NCBI GenBank assembly: GCA_037925075.1
Contig: JAXSNR010000002.1
Location: 160,001 to 224,000, forward strand
DNA from: Aquificaceae bacterium
GTDB taxonomy: Bacteria > Aquificota > Aquificia > Aquificales > Aquificaceae
Reading direction: 5' to 3'
Length of the DNA stretch: 64,000 bases
Positions within the stretch are counted from its first letter, which is position 1. Each line of letters opens with the position of its first letter. The position numbers and the translations under genes were made by a program. Under the pieces are notes generated by a model that saw nothing but the letters and a program-made list of their open reading frames with translations, had not been told where the DNA came from and did not search any database. Of the stretch, positions 21,398-34,413 are shown one piece after another.

Positions 21398-22123
21398 ATG
21401 GAAGAGTTTAAGTGGTATGCGTTGCAGGTAGAGGCGGGCAAAGAGGCTACCGCAAGGGAGAACCTGCTTAAGGTACTTGAGCTTGAGGGACTGCTTGGAC
21501 AAGTGGAAGATGTTATAGTGCCCGCGGAGGAAAAGGTGGTCATAAAGACCATGGGCAAGGAAAAGTACAGACTGTCCTTACGTGGCAACAACAGGGACAT
21601 AAGCGTGCTCGGCAAAAAGGGCGTTACCACTTTTAGGATAGAAAACGGAGAGGTAAAAGTTGTAGAAAGCGTGGAGGGTGATGTATGTGTAGAAGCACCA
21701 CCCATATCAAAGCCCGGTCAGAAGATAACCTGTAAGGAAAACAAAACCGAGGCTAAGGTCATTCTTGAATCAAAGATGTTTCCCGGATACCTTCTTATAA
21801 AGGCTGTTATGAACGATGCACTTATGCGTGCCATAGAAAAAACTCCACACGTCTATAAACCCGTTTTGGTAGGAGGAAGGGTAGCTCCCCTTGATGAAAA
21901 GGAAGTGGAGAGGATAATAGCTTTTGTGAAAAAGGGTGTTAAGCCATTGAGAGTGCTCTTTGAGAAGGGTGATCAAGTAAGGGTAATAGAAGGTCCCTTT
22001 ATGAACTTTACGGGCACTGTGGAAGAGGTACACCCAGAAAAGGAAAAGGTGGTGGTTTTGGTAAGTATTTTTGGAAGGCTTACGCCCGTTGAATTAGACT
22101 ATTCTCAGGTGGAAAAGCTGTAG
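21398..22123 (+). CDS. nusG: Transcription factor NusG with inserted domain
   Basis: [32 protein letters not shown]. Confidence 0.97.
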   Translation: MEEFKWYALQVEAGKEATARENLLKVLELEGLLGQVEDVIVPAEEKVVIKTMGKEKYRLSLRGNNRDISVLGKKGVTTFRIENGEVKVVESVEGDVCVEAPPISKPGQKITCKENKTEAKVILESKMFPGYLLIKAVMNDALMRAIEKTPHVYKPVLVGGRVAPLDEKEVERIIAFVKKGVKPLRVLFEKGDQVRVIEGPFMNFTGTVEEVHPEKEKVVVLVSIFGRLTPVELDYSQVEKL

Positions 22124-22133
22124 GAGGACAAAG

Positions 22134-22568
22134 ATGAAAAAGGTAACCGCAAAAGTTGAGCTTATGCTACCTGCCCAGCAGGCAACACCCGCACCGCCGG
22201 TGGGACCTGCTCTTGGTCAGCACGGCGTGAATATAATGGAGTTTGTTAAGCAGTTTAACGCCGCAAGCAAAGACTTTGAGCCTGGAACCGTTGTGCCTGT
22301 GGTCATAACCATCTACCAAGATAGGAGCTTTAGTTTTATACTCAAAACGCCCCCCGTATCTTACCTACTTAAGAAGGCGGCAAAGGTACAAAAGGGTTCC
22401 TCCGACCCCAAGAAGCAGAAAGCTGGTAAAGTGAGTCTTCAGCAAGTGGAAGAAATAGCAAAGATCAAGCTAAAAGATATGAACACAAAGGATTTAAAGG
22501 CTGCCATGAGGCAGGTGGTTGGAACCGCAAGAAGTATGGGCATAGAAGTAGAAGGATGGAAGGAGTAG
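22134..22568 (+). CDS. rplK: 50S ribosomal protein L11
   Basis: [17 protein letters not shown]. Confidence 0.98.
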   Translation: MKKVTAKVELMLPAQQATPAPPVGPALGQHGVNIMEFVKQFNAASKDFEPGTVVPVVITIYQDRSFSFILKTPPVSYLLKKAAKVQKGSSDPKKQKAGKVSLQQVEEIAKIKLKDMNTKDLKAAMRQVVGTARSMGIEVEGWKE

Positions 22569-22572
22569 AGCC

Positions 22573-23298
22573 ATGAAGAGAGGAAAGAAATATCAAAAGT
22601 GTCTTGAGCTTTACAATAGGAACGCCTTCTACACGGTGGAAGGTGCGGTAGAAATCCTAAAGAAGCTTCATGCAGGCTGTGGTCCCAAGTTTGACCAGAC
22701 TGTGGAGCTTGCAATGAGGCTTGGAGTTGACCCCAAGTATGCGGACCAGATGGTAAGGGGCTCTGTGGTGCTGCCTCATGGACTTGGTAGAGAGCTAAAG
22801 GTTTTGGTATTGGCGGAGGGTGAGTACCAAAAGGTGGCAAGGGAAGCGGGTGCGGACTATGTGGGTGGTGAAGACATAATAAACAAGATAGCCAAAGAGG
22901 AGTGGGTGGACTACGATGTGGTTATAGCTACCCCTGAGATAATGCCAAAGGTGGCAAGGCTTGGTAAGATCCTTGGTCCAAAAGGGCTTATGCCAAACCC
23001 AAAGACGGGCACAGTTACAACAAACCTAAGGCAGGCAATAGAAGAAGCCAAGAAGGGAAGAGTGGAGTTCAGAGTGGACAAAACAGGAAACCTTCACATG
23101 CCTGTGGGTAAGATATCCTTTGAGGAACAAAAGCTAATTCAAAACATATACACCGCCATAGATGCCGTGGTAAAGGCAAAGCCCTCTGGTGCAAAGGGCC
23201 AGTATGTAAGAGGAATAGCCCTTAGCCTTACCATGAGCCCCTCTGTAAAGCTGGATGTGTCTACAACCTTAAGAAGACTTCAAGAGCTTGTAGCATGA
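22573..23298 (+). CDS. rplA: 50S ribosomal protein L1
   Basis: [28 protein letters not shown]. Confidence 0.98.
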   Translation: MKRGKKYQKCLELYNRNAFYTVEGAVEILKKLHAGCGPKFDQTVELAMRLGVDPKYADQMVRGSVVLPHGLGRELKVLVLAEGEYQKVAREAGADYVGGEDIINKIAKEEWVDYDVVIATPEIMPKVARLGKILGPKGLMPNPKTGTVTTNLRQAIEEAKKGRVEFRVDKTGNLHMPVGKISFEEQKLIQNIYTAIDAVVKAKPSGAKGQYVRGIALSLTMSPSVKLDVSTTLRRLQELVA

Positions 23299-23320
23299 TA
23301 AACAAAGGCAGGAGGCTAAA

Positions 23321-23857
23321 ATGAGAAAGAGTTGGGAACAGAAAGGACAGATAATTGGGTCCTACAGTGAAAGGATACAAAGGTCAAGCCTAGTGGTCTT
23401 TTTTGACTTTACGGGCATTGATGCTCAGACAATTACAAAGCTAAGGGCTGACCTAAAGGATGCGGAAGGAGAAATGCTCGTAGGTAAGAATACGCTTTTT
23501 TACAGAGCCTTTATGAACACGGTTATGGCGGACCATCGAGAAGTCCTTACAGGTCCAACAGCCTTTGCCTTTGCTTACGGCGACCCCGTTAAGGTTGCCA
23601 AGATTCTCTATGATTTTATGAAGGACCTTGATAAGGAAAAGCCCCTTTCAAAAATAAAGGGTGCCTATATGCAGGGTAGGTTTCTAAAGCCCGTGGAGGT
23701 GCAGGCTCTTGCAGAGCTTCCACCCAAGGAGGTGCTTGTTTCAAAGCTTATGGGAGCTATTCAGGGACCTATATATGCTCTTGTTATGGCTCTCAAGTCC
23801 GCACCTCAGAAGCTTGTGCTTACACTTAAAGCTATAGAAGAAAAGAAATCTCAGTAA
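23321..23857 (+). CDS. rplJ: 50S ribosomal protein L10
   Basis: KNTLF, LTGPTA, LAELP; synteny. Confidence 0.95.
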   Translation: MRKSWEQKGQIIGSYSERIQRSSLVVFFDFTGIDAQTITKLRADLKDAEGEMLVGKNTLFYRAFMNTVMADHREVLTGPTAFAFAYGDPVKVAKILYDFMKDLDKEKPLSKIKGAYMQGRFLKPVEVQALAELPPKEVLVSKLMGAIQGPIYALVMALKSAPQKLVLTLKAIEEKKSQ

Positions 23858-23869
23858 GGAGGTATAGAT

Positions 23870-24259
23870 ATGGCAACACTTACCATTGACGAGATCGTAG
23901 AGGCCATAGGCAGCATGACTTTGCTTGAAGTGGCAGAGCTTGTGAAAAAGCTCGAAGAAAAGTTCGGTGTTTCCGCAGCTATGGTGGCAGCGGCCCCGGT
24001 GGCGGCAGCAGGGGCACCTACAGCAGGAGCACCTGCAGCGGAAGAAAAGACAGAATTTGACGTTATCCTTAAGTCCGCCGGTGCAAATAAGATAAACGTG
24101 ATCAAGGTGGTAAGGGAGATCACTGGACTTGGTCTTAAAGAAGCAAAGGACCTCGTAGAAGGTGCTCCAAAGCCTGTCAAGGAGGGAGTTCCCAAGGAAG
24201 AGGCGGAGAAGATTGCGGCAAAGCTCAAGGAGGCCGGTGCGGAAGTAGAGATAAAGTGA
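23870..24259 (+). CDS. rplL: 50S ribosomal protein L7/L12
   Basis: [20 protein letters not shown]. Confidence 0.98.
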   Translation: MATLTIDEIVEAIGSMTLLEVAELVKKLEEKFGVSAAMVAAAPVAAAGAPTAGAPAAEEKTEFDVILKSAGANKINVIKVVREITGLGLKEAKDLVEGAPKPVKEGVPKEEAEKIAAKLKEAGAEVEIK

Positions 24260-24290
24260 AACCACTCTTATGGGAGGTTTTTATAAGCCT

Positions 24291-24323
24291 TACCCCCTGC
24301 GTGTGCAGGGGGTATTTTGTTTT
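24291..24323 (+). terminator. Intrinsic terminator after rplL
   Basis: 10-bp stem TACCCCCTGC-gtgt-GCAGGGGGTA followed by TTTTGTTTT. Confidence 0.85.
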
Positions 24324-24326
24324 GTA

Positions 24327-24355
24327 TTGACGGAGTCCGCAAGTTTACTTATAAT
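24327..24355 (+). promoter_or_regulatory. Sigma70 promoter of rpoBC
   Basis: TTGACG-N17-TATAAT directly after the terminator. Confidence 0.85.
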
Positions 24356-24387
24356 TATAAGTTTATCCTACTTAGAGGGTTGAAAAC

Positions 24388-27300
24388 ATGAGAAAAAACA
24401 TGCCCTTACCAAGAAAGTTCTTTGGTAGAAGGGAAGAGCTTGTAAGTCCGCCAAACCTTCTTTTCCTTCCAAAGGAATCCTTTGAGACCTTTCTCCAGTT
24501 CTACAATCCACCATCCCAAAGGGAGCAAAAAGGTCTTGAGTACGTCTTTTCCACCTCCTTTCCCTTCAAAGACCCCGATGAAAAGATCACTCTTGAATAC
24601 TTGGGCTATGAGGTGGGCGATTGGGAATGTAGCAAGTGCGGATACAAGGCGTATGCAGACCAGAGCTTCTTGGCGGGTTATGGTGTAAGCTGTCCCAAAT
24701 GTGGAACCCTGCTAGTGTATAAGGAAAAGTATACAGAAGAAGAATGTAAGATAAAGGGCTTTACCTACTCCCTGCCTCTGAGAGTTATGGTTAGGCTCAG
24801 GGCCAAGACCAAAAAGGGTGAAAAGATAGGAGAGCCCAAAAAGGTTTACTTTGGCGAAGTGCCCATGATGACCCAGACGGGCTCTTTTATCATAAACGGT
24901 AGTGAGAGAATAGTGGTAAGCCAACTTATACGCTCTCCAGGTGTCTTTTTTGAAGAAAAGGAAGAAAGACAGAAGGAAACTACCGTAATCCGTATGATAT
25001 ACAGGGCGAGCATCATACCTGACAAGGGACCGCGCATTGAGTTTGAACTTTCAAGCACTACTGACATACTCTCATCAAGGATAGACAAAAAGAAGGTGGG
25101 TGGAACCTTTGTCCTTAGAGCCTTTGGTCTTGAAACCGCTTACCAAATACTTAAGCCCTTCTACCCGGATGCAAGAGCCTTCTTCGTACAGGGTGGGACT
25201 ATATTTGACAAGGACACGGGCGAAGAGTTCAAGGTGGAAGACTTGGAAGGTTTTTATATATTTGCGATCCTCCGATACAAGGCAAAGATAGAAGAAAAGG
25301 GAGTGGAAGAGGAGATACTGGAAGAGAGGTTAATTGAGGAGATTGAACAGCTTGACAGACTTTTAAAGGACGAAAGGATAAGGATAGACCTTATCTCTGC
25401 GGTTCCAAAGGAAAGTGCGGTCAAAAGTCCCTATGGAAAAATACTTATAGAAACCCTCGTGGCTGAGACAGCCCCGAAGGACCAAGACAGAAGAAGCCCA
25501 CTTAAAATACCCGCAAGGTTCACCCTTAGAGACTATGCCCTTGTGGACATATACAAAAAGCTCAGGGCCGTAGAGCCCATGGTGATGGAGCTTGAGCACC
25601 TTATAAGCAGGGCAAGGTCTCACTTTGACCTGTACTTTAAGGACCTAACCAGGTATGACCTTTCAAAGGTGGGAAGGGTAAAGCTCAATGCAAAGGTTCA
25701 CAGGCCACTGAAGGAGTTAAGGCCCGCGGATTTTGAAAGGCTTTCGGACCTTCCACCCCTTGCCCTTGCAGAAGATGTGGGTGAGTTTAAGGCTGGAACT
25801 CTGATAACAGAAGAGATTCTCTCTGAAATTTTCAAGCATAAAGATAGCGTAAAGGTAAAGGACTATACGGAAGGCCAGGCAAGGTTTCTAAGTGACTCTG
25901 ATCTGGTAAACACCATAAAGTATCTTATAAACCTCAGATACGGAAGGGAGAAAAGGGATGATATAGCCTACCTTGGAAATAGAAGAATAAGGGCTGTGGG
26001 TGAGCTTTTGGAAAATCAGGCAAGAATAGGCATAGCGAGGATGGAGAAGTTCTTCAGGGACAGGTGCACCGTGGCAAACCCTGAAGACCCAAACCTCAAA
26101 CCCCAAGACCTTCTAAACCCAAGGTATCTTACCAGTGCTCTCTATGAGTTTCTAAAGGGTGGTATGCTTTCTCAGTATCTTGATAACACAAACCCACTGT
26201 CTGCCCTAACTCACAAGAGGAGGCTCTCCGCCCTTGGACCTGGAGGTCTAACAAGAGAAAGCGCCAAGTTTGAGATAAGGGACGTGCACCCCTCTCACTA
26301 TGGAAGGATATGCCCCATTGAGACCCCAGAGGGTCAAAACATAGGTTTGGTGACCTCCCTCACTGTCTACGCCCAGACAAACGAGTACGGCTTTATAGTA
26401 ACCCCATACAGGAAGGTGGAAGATGGGAAGGCGACCTATAAGATTGAACGCCTTGCCGCTTATGAGGAAGAGAATTTTGTCATAGCTCAATACACTCCCA
26501 CCGACGAAGAGGGTAGGATTCTCAGCGACAGAGTTTATGTGCGCTACAAAAACGACATACAGATAGTAAAGCCAGAACAGGTGCACTACATGGATGTTTC
26601 TCCAAGGCAGGTCATATCCGTGTCAGCCTCTCTCATACCCTTCCTTGAACATGACGATGCCAACAGGGCTCTCATGGGATCCAACATGCAAAGGCAGGCG
26701 GTACCTCTCATATTTACCTCCTCTCCCCTTATCGGTACTGGCATGGAAAGGAAGGTAGCCTTTGATAGCGGTGCGGTGGTTGTGGCAAGAAGGGGCGGTC
26801 AAGTGGAGGAAGTAAACTCTAAAAGAATAATAGTTAGGGTGAACCCTGAGGAGATAAACTTCTCCGACCCTACAGACATAGGCATAGATGTATACGAGCT
26901 CAAAAAGTTTGAGAGGACAAATCAGAATACGTGTATAAACCAGAGGCCACTGGTGGTAAAGGGGCAAAAGGTCAGCAAAGGAGAGCTTCTTGCGGATGGT
27001 CAGTCCACCTTTAGAGGAGAGTTGGCCCTTGGTAAGGATGTGCTCGTTGCCTTTATGCCTTGGAGGGGTTATAACTTTGAAGACGCCATTGTCATATCGG
27101 AAAGGCTTGTAAAAGAAGACATATACACCTCCATACATATAGAAGAACTTGAAGTAGAAGCCAGAGAGACAAAAATAGGCAACGAAGAGATAACCCGTCA
27201 GATACCGGGAGTTCCCGAAAGACTTCTGTCCCATCTGGATGAGTTTGGTATAGTAAAGATTGGAACCTACGTAAAGCCCGGTGATATACTTGTCGGTAAA

Positions 27301-28794
27301 GTAACTCCAAAGGGCGAAGCCCAGCTTACACCCGAAGAAAAGCTCCTTCAGGCAATATTTGGTGAAAAGTCAAGAGATGTTAAGGATTCCTCTCTCAGAT
27401 GTCCTCCGGGTGTGGAGGGTGTGGTGGTTGATGTTAAGGTTTTTGTAAGAAAGACTGGCGAGAAGAGAAACTACCTTGTGGAGCATGTGGAAAGGGCAGA
27501 AAGGGAAGAGCTGGAGAGAGAGTTGGAAAAGAAAAAGAGGCTTATCGTTGAAGGCAGAAACAGGATAGTAAGGGATTTAGTACTTGGCAGAAAGCTTGAC
27601 AAGGATATAACGGTCAAGAAAAAGGTTTATGAGGCAGGTACAGTGGTAGATGATAAGGCCTTTGAGGCACTTCTTAACTACATAATAACCAGGCCGGAAA
27701 ACCTTTTTGAGGACGAGGAGCTTTGCAAAAGGATAAACGACCTGAGGGAGAGAACACGCTTCCAAGTGGATATGATTTCAAAGCTCTACGAGGAGAAGAT
27801 GGAGTCCATAGGTAAAAGAAGCGAGCTTCCAGCGGGTGTTATAGCCCTTGTAAAGGTTTATATAGCCCAGAAGAGAAAGATAAAGGTGGGTGATAAAATG
27901 GCGGGTCGTCACGGTAACAAGGGCGTCATATCGGTGGTGCTTCCTGTGGAGGATATGCCCTTCCTTGAAGACGGAACTCCCGTGGATATAGTCCTTAACC
28001 CTCTTGGTGTGCCCTCTCGTATGAACGTGGGACAGATATTGGAAACACACCTAGGTTGGGCTTCTAGGGAGCTGGGCAAAAGACTGAGGGAACTTATAGA
28101 GGCTGGGACGGAAAAGCAAAGGCTAATAGATTTTCTCAAGAAGGTTTATGCGGTGGGGGATATGAGAGGTGAAAACCAAAGGCATGTGGAGGAGTTTTTG
28201 CAGGGCCTTGATGAGAAAAGTTTTGAAGATGTTATTAACCTATACGCTGAAAGGGGCATTCCTATGGCGACATCGGCCTTTGAGGGTGCAAGCGAAGAGC
28301 ATATAAGGGAGCTTCTCAAGATGGCCGGGCTTCCAGAGAATGGAAAGGCGGTACTCTACGATGGAAGAACTGGAGAGCCCTTTGACATGAGGGTCACCGT
28401 GGGATACATGCACATGCTCAAGCTCATACACATGGTAGATGACAAGATACACGCCCGTAGCACAGGACCTTACTCTTTGGTTACACAACAGCCTCTCGGT
28501 GGAAGAGCCCAGTTTGGTGGTCAAAGGCTTGGAGAGATGGAAGTTTGGGCCTTGGAAGCTCATGGTGCAGCCCATACACTTCAAGAGATGCTTACCGTCA
28601 AGTCTGACGACATAGAGGGTAGGACAAAGGTCTACGAGTCCATAGTTAAGGGTAAGTATATCTACCAGCCTGGAGTGCCAGAGTCCTTTAGGGTCCTTGT
28701 GCGTGAACTCAAGGCTCTGGGTCTGGACGTGAGGTGTGAAAACGGGGCGGTCATGCCCTGCGACCAGATAGAAGTTGAGGAGGAGCAAAAATGA
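24388..28794 (+). CDS. rpoB: RNA polymerase beta subunit
   Basis: [31 protein letters not shown]. Confidence 0.99.
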   Translation: MRKNMPLPRKFFGRREELVSPPNLLFLPKESFETFLQFYNPPSQREQKGLEYVFSTSFPFKDPDEKITLEYLGYEVGDWECSKCGYKAYADQSFLAGYGVSCPKCGTLLVYKEKYTEEECKIKGFTYSLPLRVMVRLRAKTKKGEKIGEPKKVYFGEVPMMTQTGSFIINGSERIVVSQLIRSPGVFFEEKEERQKETTVIRMIYRASIIPDKGPRIEFELSSTTDILSSRIDKKKVGGTFVLRAFGLETAYQILKPFYPDARAFFVQGGTIFDKDTGEEFKVEDLEGFYIFAILRYKAKIEEKGVEEEILEERLIEEIEQLDRLLKDERIRIDLISAVPKESAVKSPYGKILIETLVAETAPKDQDRRSPLKIPARFTLRDYALVDIYKKLRAVEPMVMELEHLISRARSHFDLYFKDLTRYDLSKVGRVKLNAKVHRPLKELRPADFERLSDLPPLALAEDVGEFKAGTLITEEILSEIFKHKDSVKVKDYTEGQARFLSDSDLVNTIKYLINLRYGREKRDDIAYLGNRRIRAVGELLENQARIGIARMEKFFRDRCTVANPEDPNLKPQDLLNPRYLTSALYEFLKGGMLSQYLDNTNPLSALTHKRRLSALGPGGLTRESAKFEIRDVHPSHYGRICPIETPEGQNIGLVTSLTVYAQTNEYGFIVTPYRKVEDGKATYKIERLAAYEEENFVIAQYTPTDEEGRILSDRVYVRYKNDIQIVKPEQVHYMDVSPRQVISVSASLIPFLEHDDANRALMGSNMQRQAVPLIFTSSPLIGTGMERKVAFDSGAVVVARRGGQVEEVNSKRIIVRVNPEEINFSDPTDIGIDVYELKKFERTNQNTCINQRPLVVKGQKVSKGELLADGQSTFRGELALGKDVLVAFMPWRGYNFEDAIVISERLVKEDIYTSIHIEELEVEARETKIGNEEITRQIPGVPERLLSHLDEFGIVKIGTYVKPGDILVGKVTPKGEAQLTPEEKLLQAIFGEKSRDVKDSSLRCPPGVEGVVVDVKVFVRKTGEKRNYLVEHVERAEREELERELEKKKRLIVEGRNRIVRDLVLGRKLDKDITVKKKVYEAGTVVDDKAFEALLNYIITRPENLFEDEELCKRINDLRERTRFQVDMISKLYEEKMESIGKRSELPAGVIALVKVYIAQKRKIKVGDKMAGRHGNKGVISVVLPVEDMPFLEDGTPVDIVLNPLGVPSRMNVGQILETHLGWASRELGKRLRELIEAGTEKQRLIDFLKKVYAVGDMRGENQRHVEEFLQGLDEKSFEDVINLYAERGIPMATSAFEGASEEHIRELLKMAGLPENGKAVLYDGRTGEPFDMRVTVGYMHMLKLIHMVDDKIHARSTGPYSLVTQQPLGGRAQFGGQRLGEMEVWALEAHGAAHTLQEMLTVKSDDIEGRTKVYESIVKGKYIYQPGVPESFRVLVRELKALGLDVRCENGAVMPCDQIEVEEEQK

Positions 28795-31700
28795 GAAAAG
28801 GGCTTTTACCCTTTGAAAGAATAAAGCTCATGCTTGCCTCTCCGGAGGAAATAAGAAGCTGGAGCTATGGGGAGGTAAAAAAGCCAGAGACCATAAACTA
28901 CAGAACCCATAAACCTGAAAAGGATGGGCTTTTCTGTGCCAAGATATTTGGTCCCATAAAGGATTACGAATGTCTGTGTGGAAAATACAGGGGCAAACGT
29001 TTTGAGGGAACCATATGCGATAGATGCGGTGTGGAAGTGACCAAATCTTACGTGAGGCGCAAGAGGTTTGGACATATAGACCTTGCGGCCCCTGTAGCTC
29101 ATATATGGTTTCTCAAAAGCACACCTTCGAAGATAGCCACCCTGATCGGGCTTTCTGTGAGAGATGTGGAGAGAGTAATCTATTTTGAGTCCTATCTGGT
29201 TATAGAGTATCCCATGAGTGAAGAGGAGGAGAGAGCCTTTTCTCAGCAAGAGGATACCCTTCCTCTCAAGGATGAAATAGGAAACACCAAGTTTGTCAAG
29301 CTTCATGTGGTGGACGAGGACACTTACAACTCAGAGTTTGCAATAAGCTTGGAGCACAAGTACGAAGGGGGTATGGGTGCGGAGATAATAAAGAAGATCT
29401 TAGCCTCTCTTGACCTTGAAACCTACGCCAAAAAACTCAGAGAGGAGATAAGACCCTACAGCTTGGGCTATGAGGACCTATCTGAGGAGCTTTTCAACCA
29501 GTACAGAAAGCTCTATGAACGTATGCTCAGAGTTTTGGCGGAAGATCTGAGGCTTTACGGTGTTGACATAAAGACCCCCGAAGGCACCACCCTTGAACAG
29601 ATACTTCACAGAATTATATGCGGTGAGCTTTATCTGAACACAGACACGGGAGAGCTTTCGGAAGAAGCCCTTGAGGGCCTTATGACCGCTAGGGAAGCTA
29701 TCCAGTCATACTACGAGAAGGTTCGTCAGAAAAAGAGAGACCTTCCCGTCTTTGAAAAGATAAAAATGGACATACGGAATGCGGTTCTTAAGGAGGTTTC
29801 AGAGACAAAGGTCAAAAAAGTGCTCAGAGTTCTCAAGTTAGTGGAGGACTTTATAAAGAGTGGAAACAAACCTGAATGGATGATACTGGAAGTGCTTCCT
29901 GTCCTCCCCCCTGAACTTAGGCCCCTTGTGGCCCTCGATGGAGGTCGCTTTGCCACCTCAGACCTTAACGACCTTTACAGAAGGATCATAAACCGCAATA
30001 ACAGGCTAAGAAGGCTTATAGAGCTGGACGCACCGGAGATAATAATAAGAAACGAAAAAAGAATGCTTCAGGAGGTGGTCTCCGCCCTCATCGACAACGG
30101 AAAGCGTGGGAGGGTGGTCACTCAGAACGGAAGAGCCCTCAAATCCCTTTCGGACTACCTAAGAGGTAAGCAGGGAAGATTCAGGCAGAACCTGCTCGGC
30201 AAAAGGGTGGACTACTCGGGCCGTAGCGTGATAGTGGTGGGTCCCGAACTCAAGATGCATCAGTGCGGTCTTCCAAGAATTATGGCTCTTGAGCTTTTCA
30301 AGCCCTTCGTATACAGAAGGCTTGAAGAGAAGGGATACGCCACTTCCATAAAGAACGCCAAAAAGCTCGTGGACCAGAAAACACCTGAAGTGTGGGAATG
30401 CCTTGAAGAGGTGGTCAAACAGCACCCCGTGCTTCTAAACCGTGCCCCAACCCTTCACCGAATGTCCATTCAGGCCTTCGAGCCCGTGTTGGTGGACGGG
30501 AAAGCCATACAGCTACATCCCCTTGTATGCCCACCTTTCAATGCGGACTTTGATGGAGACCAGATGGCCGTGCATGTGCCCCTTGGCATAACCGCACAGC
30601 TTGAGGCTTACATACTTATGCTCTCCACTCAGAACATCCTCTCCCCAGCTCATGGTAAGCCAATAACCATGCCTTCTCAGGATATGGTGCTAGGTGTCTA
30701 CTACATGACTCAGGAGGTTCCCGGTGTAAAGGGTGAGGGTAAGCTCTTCCTTAGCAGGGAAGAAGTAATCCTTGCCCTAGAAAACAAAAAAGTAGACATG
30801 CACGCCCGTATAAGGCTTAGACTTGAGGATGGCAAGCTTATAGATACCACTCCAGGGAGGGTCTTATTTAACAGCCTGCTTCCGGAGGACCATCCCTTTG
30901 TAAACGAGCCTATGGACAAGAAAAAGTTATCAAAGCTTATAGCTAACCTCTACAACAGATACGGAACGGAGAGAACCGCAAAGTTTCTTGATGATTTTAA
31001 GGAGTTGGGCTACAACATAGCCACAAGGGCTGCGGTATCCATAGGCATAGAAGACCTGCAAATTCCGAGGGTAAAAAAGGATATTCTCTCTCAAGCTTTT
31101 GATCAAACTGATGAAATTGCAGAATTTCACAAGAACGGCATAATAACCGCAAAAGAGCGTTATAACAGGATCATTGACCTCTGGTCCGAGATAACGGACA
31201 AGGTATCAAGGGCCATGTTTGAAGAGATAGAAAAAAGCACAAGAAAAGAGGGAGAAAAGGTTTACCCGGGCATCTTCAACCCCATATACATGATGGCCAA
31301 CTCAGGAGCTCGTGGCAACAGAGACCAGATAAGACAGCTTGCCGCCATGAGAGGTCTTATGGCAAAGCATACGGGAGAGTTCATAGAAACACCCATTGTG
31401 TCCAACTTCAGGGAAGGTCTTTCTGTGCTTGAATACTTCATATCCACCTACGGAGCAAGGAAGGGTCTTGCGGATACTGCCCTAAAGACCGCCTTTGCAG
31501 GGTACCTTACCAGAAGGCTTGTGGATGTGGCACAGGATATAACGATAATGGATATGGACTGCGGGACCTACAGGGGCATACTTATGGAAGCCATAGTGGA
31601 AGGTGGTGAGGAAAAGGTTTCTCTCAAAGACAGAATAATAGGAAGGACCTTGGCGGAGGATGTGCTTGACCCATACACGGGAGAAGTGATAGCCCAAAGA

Positions 31701-33488
31701 AATCAAATTGTGGACGAGGGGCTTGCGGACAGGATAGTGCATGCGGGGATAGAGAGGGTCAGGGTAAGGTCTCCCCTTACTTGCGAATCCAAGCACGGCA
31801 TATGTGCCATGTGCTACGGTTGGGACCTCTCTCAAAGAAAGCTGGTGGATGTGGGTGAGGCGGTGGGTATAATAGCCGCCCAGTCCATAGGAGAACCAGG
31901 AACCCAGCTTACCATGAGAACCTTCCACATAGGCGGTGCTGCGGTGGCAGAAAGGGTAAAGGGTGAGCTCTTGAACGAGAAGGCTGGCGTGGTCAAATAC
32001 TACAATATAAGGCTAATTACCAACAGAGAAGGTAAGAGGATAAACATCTCCAAAGATGGAGCAATTGGAATACTTGACGCAGAGGGTAGGATGGTAGAAC
32101 GTCATGCGGTCCCCTACGGAGCCAGCATCCTTGTAGAAGAGGGCAAACAGGTTTCAGAGGGAACATTGCTTGCAGAATGGGACCCCTTCAACACCTTCAT
32201 CATCGCAGAAACGTCCGGAAGGGTTGAGTTTAAGGATATAGCCTTAGACATCACCGTCAAGGAAGAGAGAGACCCACTTACTGGCAAAACCTCCACCATC
32301 GTCTCCTTTACAAGACCAAAGGACGCAATGCTTCACACTCCCAAAATAGTGGTTCACACAGAGGATGGTGGAGAAGTTTCCTACGACCTTCCTGTAAACT
32401 CCATACTGAACGTGCCTGCGGATAAGGTGAGCTTTGAGTGGATGGTGTGCCCCACATGCAGTGAGTCGGAAGGAGCGGAAATACAGCACAAGTATTATGT
32501 GGTCAAAGACTACACGGTCCAGCCGGGAGATGTGCTTGCACGAATTCCAAAGGAAATGGCAAAGGTGCGTGACATAGTAGGTGGTCTTCCTAGGGTTGAA
32601 GAGCTCTTTGAGGCAAGAAGACCCAAAAACCCAGCGATTCTGACGGAAATTGATGGTATTGTGAGAATTTTTGAGGATGCGGACGAGGTGATAATCTTTA
32701 ATCCAAGGACGGGCGAAACCAGAAAGTACGACATAAAGAAGGATGAGTACATTCTTGTAAGCCACGGACAGTTTGTACAAAGGGGAGCCAAAATAACAGA
32801 CCGGATAGAGGCAGAGGTGGAAGGACAGGTAAGGATAAAGGGAAGAGGCTACAGGGTGGTGGTTTACAACAAGGAAACGGGCCTTCAAAAGGAATACTTT
32901 GTGCCAAAGGGTAAACACTTGCTTGTAAAGAACGGCGACCTCGTAAATGCTGGTGACCCTCTTACCGACGGCACGCCAGTGCCCGAAGAGATACTCAAGG
33001 TAAAGGGCGTGGACGAGCTTCAAAAGTTCCTTCTTAAAGAAGTCCAGATGGTTTACAGACTTCAGGGGGTGGACATAAACGATAAGCACTTTGAGATAAT
33101 CATACGTCAGATGCTCAGGCGCAGGCGTATAGTAGACCCCGGTGATAGCAGGTTCCTTGTAAATGAGGAGGTAGAGGTGGAAGAGCTACAGCAAGAAGTG
33201 GAAAGGATAAAAGAAGAAGGTGGCAAAATACCAAAGGTAGAGCCCATACTAGTAGGTATATCAAGGGCGGCGCTTACCTCAAGAAGCTGGATTTCCTCCG
33301 CCTCCTTCCAAGAGACCACAAAAGTACTAACGGACGCCGCCTGCGAGGGTAAGGTGGATGACCTCAGAGGAGTAAAGGAGAACGTCATAATAGGAAACCT
33401 CATACCCGTCGGTACAGGCCTTTGGGAGTATGCGGAGATAGATGTGCTTGAAGAGGAGAAGGCAAAAGTTCTTAAAGATGTGTTATAA
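28791..33488 (+). CDS. rpoC: RNA polymerase beta' subunit
   Basis: [10 protein letters not shown], Zn-binding CLC..CDRC, LTMRTFH. Confidence 0.99.
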   Translation: MRKGLLPFERIKLMLASPEEIRSWSYGEVKKPETINYRTHKPEKDGLFCAKIFGPIKDYECLCGKYRGKRFEGTICDRCGVEVTKSYVRRKRFGHIDLAAPVAHIWFLKSTPSKIATLIGLSVRDVERVIYFESYLVIEYPMSEEEERAFSQQEDTLPLKDEIGNTKFVKLHVVDEDTYNSEFAISLEHKYEGGMGAEIIKKILASLDLETYAKKLREEIRPYSLGYEDLSEELFNQYRKLYERMLRVLAEDLRLYGVDIKTPEGTTLEQILHRIICGELYLNTDTGELSEEALEGLMTAREAIQSYYEKVRQKKRDLPVFEKIKMDIRNAVLKEVSETKVKKVLRVLKLVEDFIKSGNKPEWMILEVLPVLPPELRPLVALDGGRFATSDLNDLYRRIINRNNRLRRLIELDAPEIIIRNEKRMLQEVVSALIDNGKRGRVVTQNGRALKSLSDYLRGKQGRFRQNLLGKRVDYSGRSVIVVGPELKMHQCGLPRIMALELFKPFVYRRLEEKGYATSIKNAKKLVDQKTPEVWECLEEVVKQHPVLLNRAPTLHRMSIQAFEPVLVDGKAIQLHPLVCPPFNADFDGDQMAVHVPLGITAQLEAYILMLSTQNILSPAHGKPITMPSQDMVLGVYYMTQEVPGVKGEGKLFLSREEVILALENKKVDMHARIRLRLEDGKLIDTTPGRVLFNSLLPEDHPFVNEPMDKKKLSKLIANLYNRYGTERTAKFLDDFKELGYNIATRAAVSIGIEDLQIPRVKKDILSQAFDQTDEIAEFHKNGIITAKERYNRIIDLWSEITDKVSRAMFEEIEKSTRKEGEKVYPGIFNPIYMMANSGARGNRDQIRQLAAMRGLMAKHTGEFIETPIVSNFREGLSVLEYFISTYGARKGLADTALKTAFAGYLTRRLVDVAQDITIMDMDCGTYRGILMEAIVEGGEEKVSLKDRIIGRTLAEDVLDPYTGEVIAQRNQIVDEGLADRIVHAGIERVRVRSPLTCESKHGICAMCYGWDLSQRKLVDVGEAVGIIAAQSIGEPGTQLTMRTFHIGGAAVAERVKGELLNEKAGVVKYYNIRLITNREGKRINISKDGAIGILDAEGRMVERHAVPYGASILVEEGKQVSEGTLLAEWDPFNTFIIAETSGRVEFKDIALDITVKEERDPLTGKTSTIVSFTRPKDAMLHTPKIVVHTEDGGEVSYDLPVNSILNVPADKVSFEWMVCPTCSESEGAEIQHKYYVVKDYTVQPGDVLARIPKEMAKVRDIVGGLPRVEELFEARRPKNPAILTEIDGIVRIFEDADEVIIFNPRTGETRKYDIKKDEYILVSHGQFVQRGAKITDRIEAEVEGQVRIKGRGYRVVVYNKETGLQKEYFVPKGKHLLVKNGDLVNAGDPLTDGTPVPEEILKVKGVDELQKFLLKEVQMVYRLQGVDINDKHFEIIIRQMLRRRRIVDPGDSRFLVNEEVEVEELQQEVERIKEEGGKIPKVEPILVGISRAALTSRSWISSASFQETTKVLTDAACEGKVDDLRGVKENVIIGNLIPVGTGLWEYAEIDVLEEEKAKVLKDVL

Positions 33489-33489
33489 T
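33481..33489 (+). promoter_or_regulatory. Extended -10 promoter of str operon overlapping rpoC stop
   Basis: TG-T-TATAAT, then AGGAGG SD of rpsL. Confidence 0.6.
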
Positions 33490-33513
33490 AATTAGCTTAG
33501 GAGGTTTTAGGGT

Positions 33514-33921
33514 ATGCCTACCATAAACCAGCTTGTGAAACAAGGTAGGGAAACTAGAAAGAAAAAGAGCAAGGCACCTGCTTTGCAGGGCAACCCCCAA
33601 AAGAGAGGGGTCTGTGTAAGGGTTTATACGGTCACGCCCAAAAAGCCCAACTCCGCCCTGAGGAAGGTTACAAGGGTGAGGCTTTCAAACGGCATTGAGG
33701 TGACAGCCTACATACCAGGGGAAGGACATAACCTTCAAGAACACTCCATCGTCTTGGTAAGGGGTGGAAGGGTTAAGGATCTTCCCGGAGTTCGCTACAA
33801 GGTGGTAAGGGGTGCTCTTGATACTGCGGGCGTAGCAAACAGGCGTCAGTCAAGGTCCAAATACGGAGCCAAGAGGCCAAAGCCCGGCCAACAGGCACAG
33901 GCAAAGGGAGGTAGTAAGTAA
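33514..33921 (+). CDS. rpsL: 30S ribosomal protein S12
   Basis: [19 protein letters not shown]. Confidence 0.99.
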   Translation: MPTINQLVKQGRETRKKKSKAPALQGNPQKRGVCVRVYTVTPKKPNSALRKVTRVRLSNGIEVTAYIPGEGHNLQEHSIVLVRGGRVKDLPGVRYKVVRGALDTAGVANRRQSRSKYGAKRPKPGQQAQAKGGSK

Positions 33922-34403
33922 TGCCAAGAAAAGGACCAGTCACACCAAGAGAAATATCACCAGACCCAAAATACGGCGATGTGATAGTGCACAAGCTGAT
34001 CAACAAGGTGATGGAAAGCGGTAAGAAGTCTGTGGCTGAGTGGATAGTGTACGGTGCCCTTGAATCTGCCGCAAAGGAAGTGAATATGCAACCCGTGGAG
34101 CTCCTTCACAAGGTGGTGGAAAAGCTGAAGCCTGAGTTCGAGGTGCGTCCAAGGAGGGTGGGTGGTGCTACCTATCAAGTGCCGGTGGAGGTACCACCTC
34201 GCAGACAGATCAGTCTGGCTCTCAAGTGGCTTGTTGATGCTGCAAGGGAAAGGTCAAAGCATAGGGGAAGCTATACCATGATAGAAAGGCTAAAGGCAGA
34301 GCTTTTGGATGCCCTAAACGAAAAGGGCGGTGCCATAAAGAAGAGGGAAGATACCCACAAGATGGCAGAAGCCAACAAGGTTTTTGCACACTTTAGATGG
34401 TAA
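33921..34403 (+). CDS. rpsG: 30S ribosomal protein S7
   Basis: [24 protein letters not shown]. Confidence 0.99.
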   Translation: MPRKGPVTPREISPDPKYGDVIVHKLINKVMESGKKSVAEWIVYGALESAAKEVNMQPVELLHKVVEKLKPEFEVRPRRVGGATYQVPVEVPPRRQISLALKWLVDAARERSKHRGSYTMIERLKAELLDALNEKGGAIKKREDTHKMAEANKVFAHFRW

Positions 34404-34413
34404 GGAGGCTCTC

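Noticed and set aside
28780..28800. Possible rpoB-rpoC fusion via the A5 run
   Set aside because: Ordinary ATGA overlap with a GAGGAGG SD; the run is too short to imply slippage
32244..33089. 281-aa antisense ORF in rpoC and similar ORFs opposite rpoB, fusA and tuf
   Set aside because: Shadows of highly conserved genes with no independent evidence
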